Assembly: GCA_965243025.1 (NCBI GenBank)
Contig: CBDETY010000003.1
Coordinates: forward strand, 704,001-768,000
Source of the DNA: Candidatus Latescibacterota bacterium
GTDB taxonomy: Bacteria > Latescibacterota > UBA2968 > UBA8231
DNA: 64,000 bases
Reading direction: 5' to 3'
Position numbers and translations under genes: made by a program. The notes under the pieces are model-generated. The model was not told where the DNA came from and did not search any database. It worked only from the letters and a program-made list of their open reading frames with translations. Numbering within the stretch: the stretch's first letter is position 1; each line of letters begins with the position of its first letter. Below, one piece after another: positions 57,938 through 64,000 of this stretch.

Positions 57938-60088
57938 TCAGGCGTCGTCGGAAAGTGCCTTGTAGATGGCGTAGTTTCTGAGGACCAGCTTGACGTAGAG
58001 GCGGGTCTCCTTGAAGGGGATGCGCTCGACGAAAGCGTCCGGGTCCTCGGAGGGAAAGGTCTCGAGCCACCGGCGGGCGTTGTGCGGGCCGGCGTTGTAC
58101 GCGGCCAGGCCCAGTTCAAAGCCGAGGTCCGCGCCGGCATCGGTCGTGAATCGGCGCATCTGGTCGCCGAGGAAGTAACTGCCAAAGCGGATGGAGACGG
58201 CCGGGTCGAAGAGCGCCCGCAGTTCAAAGGGGTTCACCTCCAACCTCCGCGCGAGGTGGCGGCCGGTTTTGGGCATGATCTGCATCAGGCCCCTGGCGCC
58301 CGCCCGCGACACCGCTTTCTCGTTGAATGTGCTCTCCTGGCGAATTACCGACAGGACCAGGTACGGGTCGATTTCAGCCTCGGCCGCCGCTGCTGCAATC
58401 TCCTCCCAATAGTAAGTCGGGTAGATGCGCGGCAGTTCCTCCGGGTCCTGCCCGTCGAACATGCGCAGCGACAGCCTCATGGCCTGGTCGCGATGACCGA
58501 GGGCTTCGTAGTAGTCGCGGACGGCCTTCAGCGCCGTCTTGTGGCCCTCGTAGTCGCGGACTGCCTGTTCCATCTCGGCTGCCGACCATTCCCTCAGCCC
58601 CAATTGGTTCAACAGGCCGGCGCGCTCGAGGTGTACCCTGTGTGCCAGCGCCGGGACATCGTCCTGGCGGGGGTCGTCCGTGGGCCGCTTCTCGAGCTGG
58701 ACCTGATCCTTGTGGCCCGACAGGACGGCGCGGGCGGAGTAGTAAGAGCGGGGAAACCCGGCGGCAGCGCGGCGGTAGAACGCGGTGGCGTCCTTTGTCC
58801 GGCCCAGCCGCTCCGCGCTCTTTCCGGCCCAGTACAGGGACTGGTCGACGATGTGGGGCTGGCGCGCCTGCTGACCCGCGCGCTCAAAAGCGGCGAGGGC
58901 TTGTGAGTATTGCTCCTGGCAGTAGAGCGCGAATCCGGCGCTCCAACGCGCTTCGTCGCCGTAATCGGTCTGCGGGTAGTGCTCGGCCAGGCGGCCGTAG
59001 AGCGTTGCGGCGCGGTCGAACCGGCTTTTGCGCTCGGCGGCTTTGGCGGCCTGCCACAGGGCGTCGTCGGCCAGGTCGTGCCGGGGGTAGCGCCTGGCAA
59101 AATCCGCATAGGCCGCAATGGCCTTGGCTTCGCGGTCTTTGCGGACCGAGAGACTGGCGATGCGATAAAGAGCTGCCGGGCTGCCGTAGCGCTCGTGCAC
59201 CGTGCGGAAAACCTGCTCCGCCCTGGTGTAATGCCCCGCAGACTGGTGGGCCCGGCCGACCATGTAGTGCGCCCGGGCAACGCGCTGGTCGCCGCTGTGT
59301 TCGCGGATGAAGTTCCCAAAGCTCCTGATGGCCTGGTTGTACCGCTTGTGGCTGTAGTAGGTGTGCGCCTGGGCAAAAGCCGTGCGAGCGTCGGGCTTCT
59401 TCGGCAGGTGCGAAAGGCTGTTGCGGGCGTGCCTGGAACCGGGGTGGTTTTCCAACAGGTCCAAAATCCACTTTCGCGCCTCCACCGGGTTGTGCTTCTG
59501 GCTGGTGGTTGCGAGCAGGTAGAGCACCCGCGCCGGATCGGAATCCTGCGGCAGCTGCTCCTCGTACAGGGCGAGGGCCCTGGCGGGTTGGCCGGCGCTC
59601 CGGTAGAGAGAGGCCAGGCGCAGGCGGGCGGGGTTGCGGAGGACGGGGTTGGCCGAGGCAGCCAGGAAGTTTTCGTACTCGGCGATGGCTTCGTGCGTCC
59701 GGTCCATGTCCTCCAGGGAGCGGGCAATCCAGAAGCGGCGGTAGCCATCGAGGGCCGGCAGGTCGAGGTCGCGCAAACGATCGTACGCGCGGCCTGGTTT
59801 TTTGAGCATGCGCTCGCAGAACGCCCGCTGGAACTCGAGGTGCGCTCGAGCGGCCGGCTCGTGCTGGATCGTGTCCAGCGCCGTGAGTCGGGGATAGGCG
59901 AGGTCGCAGCGGTTTTCGCCTATCAGCACCGCGATCGGGCCAGGCGGCTCCGGCGTGGGAACCTCGGGAGGGGGAGGAGGCTCGGGGGGAGGCTCAGTGG
60001 GGGCCGGAAAGTAGAAATAGCCAGCTGGCAGCAGGGCCAGCAGGATCAGGGCGGGAATCGTCCAGGCCCACCTGGCTTTGTCGGTCAT
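57938..60088 (-). CDS. Soluble lytic murein transglycosylase with TPR repeats (Slt70-like)
   Basis: N-terminal TM anchor and TPRs. SLT motifs IRQES, GARGLMQIMP.T, AAYNAG, ETR.YV..V. Confidence 0.92.
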   Translation of the reverse strand: MTDKARWAWTIPALILLALLPAGYFYFPAPTEPPPEPPPPPEVPTPEPPGPIAVLIGENRCDLAYPRLTALDTIQHEPAARAHLEFQRAFCERMLKKPGRAYDRLRDLDLPALDGYRRFWIARSLEDMDRTHEAIAEYENFLAASANPVLRNPARLRLASLYRSAGQPARALALYEEQLPQDSDPARVLYLLATTSQKHNPVEARKWILDLLENHPGSRHARNSLSHLPKKPDARTAFAQAHTYYSHKRYNQAIRSFGNFIREHSGDQRVARAHYMVGRAHQSAGHYTRAEQVFRTVHERYGSPAALYRIASLSVRKDREAKAIAAYADFARRYPRHDLADDALWQAAKAAERKSRFDRAATLYGRLAEHYPQTDYGDEARWSAGFALYCQEQYSQALAAFERAGQQARQPHIVDQSLYWAGKSAERLGRTKDATAFYRRAAAGFPRSYYSARAVLSGHKDQVQLEKRPTDDPRQDDVPALAHRVHLERAGLLNQLGLREWSAAEMEQAVRDYEGHKTALKAVRDYYEALGHRDQAMRLSLRMFDGQDPEELPRIYPTYYWEEIAAAAAEAEIDPYLVLSVIRQESTFNEKAVSRAGARGLMQIMPKTGRHLARRLEVNPFELRALFDPAVSIRFGSYFLGDQMRRFTTDAGADLGFELGLAAYNAGPHNARRWLETFPSEDPDAFVERIPFKETRLYVKLVLRNYAIYKALSDDA

Positions 60089-60861
60089 GGCATTTTTTCG
60101 CGCTCGACACGCCGTGGTCGGATGGGTCCAGCCACCTGCTGCGCAGGATGCCCCTCCGCCAGAAGCCTGCCGTACCCCTCGACGGGATCGCGGTGTCCCA
60201 GGGCCTGCAGACAGCCCCAGAACGTCGCCAGGTTGCTGGAAACCACCGGCACACCGAGTTCGGCTTCCAGCCGTGCCAGCACATCGATGGTGCGCAGGTT
60301 GGTACAGCTGATGAACATTCCGTCGGCATCGTCCCGCCAGACGCGCCTGGCGAACTCGTACGTCTCCTGCGGCGTCACCTTGCCGATGCTGAACGCATCG
60401 ACGATGCCCATGCCGGCGACAGTCAGGACCCGGATACCTTCATCTTCCAGAAACTGCCTCTCCAGCACATTCAGCTCGTCCGGGTAAGGCGTGGCGACTG
60501 CGGCGCGCCGAACGCCGAGCGTGCGCAGGGATCCTGCAACCGCACCGGATGTCGTCACCGCATCTGCCTTACCCGCCCGTTCGATCCGGGCGCGCAACTC
60601 GGCCTCCCCTTCAACGCCGGCAACGAAACTGCTCGCAGTGCAGGCAAAGGCAATGACGTCCGCCTTTGCGCTCCCGAGCTCATCGGCGGCGCGCTCCACG
60701 TGTCGAAGCATCGCCCTGGAGTCGTCGACGTCGGCGCGGCTGTTCCGCATCCGCGCGGCAAAAACGCCGATACCGTCCGGAACCATCCGGTTGAATTCCG
60801 GTTCTGCGACTGTATTGGCCGACGGCACCAGCAAGCCGATTCGCCCGTTCTGTCCGTACAT
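60085..60861 (-). CDS. Maleate cis-trans isomerase/arylmalonate decarboxylase (Asp/Glu racemase superfamily)
   Basis: RIGLLVPSAN..E.EF, ACTA, ATPY, ISCTN, PVVSSN. Confidence 0.88.
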   Translation of the reverse strand: MYGQNGRIGLLVPSANTVAEPEFNRMVPDGIGVFAARMRNSRADVDDSRAMLRHVERAADELGSAKADVIAFACTASSFVAGVEGEAELRARIERAGKADAVTTSGAVAGSLRTLGVRRAAVATPYPDELNVLERQFLEDEGIRVLTVAGMGIVDAFSIGKVTPQETYEFARRVWRDDADGMFISCTNLRTIDVLARLEAELGVPVVSSNLATFWGCLQALGHRDPVEGYGRLLAEGHPAQQVAGPIRPRRVEREKMP

Positions 60862-60919
60862 TCGACCACCTTTTGTTCACGCTTGATTTCCTGCCTCCGG
60901 CCTTTCCAAAATAACGCTT

Positions 60920-61951
60920 ATGTCCTCGATGAAACGCACATTCCTTTCGCTCGTGCCGCTCGTCCTGGTCCTGGCGGCCGCCGGCGCGGCGCTGGCCGAC
61001 GGTGAGGTCAACCTCTACTCGCACCGTCACTACGACGCCGATCGGGTGCTCTACGACCGGTTCGAGAAGCAGACCGGGATCGAGGTCAACGTCATCCAGG
61101 GCAAGGCGGACGAGCTGATCGCCCGGCTGTCGCGTGAAGGGGCGGCATCCCCGGCCGACATCCTGCTGACCGTCGACGCCGGCCGCCTGGTGCGGGCGCA
61201 GTCGATGGGCCTGCTCGAACCGGCGACCTCGGCGCTTCTGCAGGCCAACGTGCCGGCTCACCTGCGCGATCCGGCCGGCCACTGGGTCGGCCTCACGCAG
61301 CGCGCCCGCGTCTTCGTCTACCACCCGGACCGGGTGTCGCCCGGCGAGCTTTCCACCTATGCCGACCTCGCGCACCCCAGGTGGAAGGGGCGCGTCCTGA
61401 TCCGGTCATCGTCGAACATCTACAACCAGTCCCTGCTCGCTTCCGTCATCGCCAACGAGGGGGAGGCCGCCGCCGCGGCGTGGGCGGCCGGCGTCGTCGC
61501 CAACATGGCGCGCACGCCGCAGGGCAACGACCGCGACCAGATGAAGGCGGTGGCCGCCGGCGAGGGCGACCTCGCGGTCGTCAACACCTACTACGTCGGC
61601 CGTCTGATCGACTCGGAGGACGAGTACGAACGCGAGGTCGGAGAGCAGGTGCGGGTGTTCTTCCCGAACCAGGAGGATCGGGGCGCTCACGTCAACGTCA
61701 GCGGCGCCGGGATCACGATGAGCGCCGGGAATCGCGACAACGCCATCAAGCTGCTGGAGTTCCTGACCGCGGCCGAGGCGCAGGAACTGTTCTCCGCGGC
61801 CAACTACGAGTACCCGGTCAATCCGGCGGTGAGCCCGTCGGCTCTCCTCCAGTCGTGGGGCGGCTTCACCGCCGACGACCTGCCGCTGAACCGTCTGGGC
61901 GAGCTCAACGCAGACGCGGTGCGGGTCTTCGACCGCGCCGGGTGGCGGTAG
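60920..61951 (+). CDS. fbpA: Fe(III) ABC transporter substrate-binding protein (FutA/FbpA)
   Basis: VNLYSHRHY, SPAD.L.TVD, RSSSNIYNQS, NTYY iron ligands, NYEYPV. Confidence 0.92.
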   Translation: MSSMKRTFLSLVPLVLVLAAAGAALADGEVNLYSHRHYDADRVLYDRFEKQTGIEVNVIQGKADELIARLSREGAASPADILLTVDAGRLVRAQSMGLLEPATSALLQANVPAHLRDPAGHWVGLTQRARVFVYHPDRVSPGELSTYADLAHPRWKGRVLIRSSSNIYNQSLLASVIANEGEAAAAAWAAGVVANMARTPQGNDRDQMKAVAAGEGDLAVVNTYYVGRLIDSEDEYEREVGEQVRVFFPNQEDRGAHVNVSGAGITMSAGNRDNAIKLLEFLTAAEAQELFSAANYEYPVNPAVSPSALLQSWGGFTADDLPLNRLGELNADAVRVFDRAGWR

Positions 61952-61959
61952 CGCACGAG

Positions 61960-63675
61960 ATGCGGTTGGTGCGGCTGCGGCGGATCCTGCGCTCCGGAGT
62001 CGACGTGCGGCCGGCGCCGCCCGCCCCGGGACCGGGATTCCGGGCTTCGGGGGCCTGGCTGGCTGCCCCGACAGCGGTCGCCGTCCTGATCGGCGCGCCC
62101 CTCCTGGTGGTGATCGCCAACCTGGACGGGTTCCTCTCCGCGGATATGGGCCACCTGGTGCGGACCGTCCTGCCGGGCTACATCGTCACCACCGTCTTCC
62201 TGGTCGTACTGGTGACGGCGCTGTGCGCCCTCGTCGGCGTGGCCTCGGCCTGGCTGGTGACGGTGTACGACTTCCCCGGCCGGCGGGCGCTGGGGTGGCT
62301 GCTGGTGCTGCCGCTGGCCCTCCCGACCTACATCGGCGCCCTGGCGTACGCGGGCATCTTCGACTACACGGGGCCGGCCCAGTTGCTGTTCCGTGAGGTG
62401 CTTCAGATTCCGGCGGGCGCCTACCCGATCCTGCGGGTGCGCGGCTTCTGGGGGCTGACATTCGTGCTCGCCGCGCTGCTGTACCCCTATGTCTATCTCA
62501 CCGCCCGCGCCGCCTTCGCCCGCCAGGGAGCGACCCTGCTCGAGGTGTCCCGCAGCCTGGGCTGCTCCGGCGTCGAGGCATTCGCCCGCGCCGTCCTGCC
62601 GGCAACCCGGCCGGCCCTGGCCGCCGGGGTGATGCTGGTGGGGATGGAGACGCTGGGCGAGTTCGGGGCCTCGCACTACCTCGGCGTCGACACCCTCACT
62701 ATCGGCATCTTCCGCAGCTGGTTCGGCCTCGGCAGCGTGCGCGCGGCGCTGGCCCTGGGAGCGTTGCTGCTCCTCATCGTCGCGCTGCTGCAGGCGGCCG
62801 AGCACCGCCAGCGCGGCGCCGCGCGGTTCCATGACGCGACCCTGCGCGACCGGCCCCTGGTCCGCCGGCGCCTCCACGGCGAGGCGGCGCTGGCAGCCTG
62901 CGCGGTCTGCTCCGTTCCCGTGATCACCGGATTCGCGCTGCCGGTCGCCCAACTCATGTGGTGGTCGGCCCGCCGGCTGCCGGGCTTCGACCTGGAGCTC
63001 GTCCGCTTGACGGCGGCCAGCATCGGCCTGGCGGCCGTGGCGACCGCCGCCACGGTGACGCTCGCCGTGCTGGTCGCGTACGCGGCGCGGGTGCGCAGGG
63101 ACCGCCTGGTCGCCGCGCTTGCCCGGTGGTCGTCCGCCGGCTATGCGGTCCCGGCGGCGGTGCTGGCGGTCGGTATCGCCACCGCCAGCACCTGGGTCGA
63201 CCACCGGCTGAACAACGCGGTCGACGCCCTCTTCGGCTTCGCGCCGGGCCTGCTGCTCACCGCCTCCGGCCTGGCGCTGATGGCCGGATACGTGGTGCGC
63301 TTCTTCGCGCTGGGGTACCACTCGATCGATGCCGGTTTCGCCCGCATCCCGGCGCGGTTCGACGAAGTGGGCCGGGTGCTCGGCCTGCGGCCGGGAGGGG
63401 GCCTGCTGCACGTCGCCCTGCCGAACCTGCGGCCCGCCCTGATGACGGCATCGATCCTGATGGTCGTCGAGATGCTGAAAGAGCTGCCCCTGACGCTGAT
63501 CCTGCGGCCGTTCCGCCTGGAAACCCTGGCCACCAACGTGTTCCGGCTGGCGGGCAACGAGCAGCTCATCGCCGCGGCCCCGTACGCCTTGGTGCTCATC
63601 GCCGCCGGGCTCGGCCCGGTCCTGATCCTCAACCGCGTGGGTGCGGCCGGCCCCGGTCTTCCGCGGCCCCGCTGA
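61960..63675 (+). CDS. fbpB: Fe(III) ABC transporter permease (FutB/FbpB)
   Basis: FPGRR, LPLALP.Y, YPYVY, two EAA-type loops, KELP.TL.LRPF..TLA. Confidence 0.9.
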   Translation: MRLVRLRRILRSGVDVRPAPPAPGPGFRASGAWLAAPTAVAVLIGAPLLVVIANLDGFLSADMGHLVRTVLPGYIVTTVFLVVLVTALCALVGVASAWLVTVYDFPGRRALGWLLVLPLALPTYIGALAYAGIFDYTGPAQLLFREVLQIPAGAYPILRVRGFWGLTFVLAALLYPYVYLTARAAFARQGATLLEVSRSLGCSGVEAFARAVLPATRPALAAGVMLVGMETLGEFGASHYLGVDTLTIGIFRSWFGLGSVRAALALGALLLLIVALLQAAEHRQRGAARFHDATLRDRPLVRRRLHGEAALAACAVCSVPVITGFALPVAQLMWWSARRLPGFDLELVRLTAASIGLAAVATAATVTLAVLVAYAARVRRDRLVAALARWSSAGYAVPAAVLAVGIATASTWVDHRLNNAVDALFGFAPGLLLTASGLALMAGYVVRFFALGYHSIDAGFARIPARFDEVGRVLGLRPGGGLLHVALPNLRPALMTASILMVVEMLKELPLTLILRPFRLETLATNVFRLAGNEQLIAAAPYALVLIAAGLGPVLILNRVGAAGPGLPRPR

Positions 63676-63685
63676 CCGCTTGTCC

Positions 63686-64000
63686 ATGCTCCGCCACCGG
63701 CCTCCGCACAACCCTCAGGCACCCTCCGGGGGCGGCCTGACGCTCAGTTCCGTATGCAAGCGGTTCGAGGGGAGCCCGGCGCCGGCGGTGGACGGGGTTT
63801 CCCTCGCCGTGGAGGAGGGCGGGACCACCGCGGTCCTGGGCGAAAGCGGCAGCGGCAAGACCACGCTGCTGCGGCTGGTGGCCGGGTTCGAGGAGCCCGA
63901 CTCCGGCACCATCGAGGTGGGCGGTCTGCCGGTCGCCGACAGCAGGGGCTCCCTGCCGCCGGAGGAGCGCAACGTCGGCGTCGTCTTCCAGGACACGGCG
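63686..64000 (+). CDS. fbpC: Fe(III) ABC transporter ATP-binding protein, 5' part (runs off the window)
   Basis: Manual translation from ATG 63686: ..AVDGVSL..LGESGSGKTTLLRLVAGFE.PDSG..LPPEERNVGVVFQD. Confidence 0.9.
   Translation, partial: MLRHRPPHNPQAPSGGGLTLSSVCKRFEGSPAPAVDGVSLAVEEGGTTAVLGESGSGKTTLLRLVAGFEEPDSGTIEVGGLPVADSRGSLPPEERNVGVVFQDTA

Overview
A GC-rich (roughly 65-70% by eye), densely coding bacterial window with about 55 genes. Most encode catabolic enzymes: four PhyH dioxygenases, sialidase/propeller glycosidases, DapA-like lyases, Gfo/Idh/MocA oxidoreductases, SDRs and an amidase. It also holds TPR and ankyrin proteins, three ABC/TonB uptake systems and several gene remnants. 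This gene content, plus a shared C-terminal 'AVE-x-x-[ST]WG-x-[IV]K' motif, suggests a Latescibacterota/Poribacteria-like lineage, possibly a sponge symbiont (inference only). No rRNA, tRNA or CRISPR array was seen. Best leads: (1) an OsmC-like gene missed by the ORF track, with an in-frame UGA at the catalytic Cys position and a SECIS-like hairpin, i.e. a probable selenoprotein; (2) a tandem pair of paralogous lipoproteins, one a frameshifted spondin-domain protein and the other reduced to 22 MDDEG repeats; (3) a fasciclin gene plus a CarH/LitR B12-photoreceptor gene under a promoter with 11-bp-spaced TnnACA operator repeats; (4) a ~220-nt multi-stem structured RNA candidate beside an orphan L7Ae-like gene.
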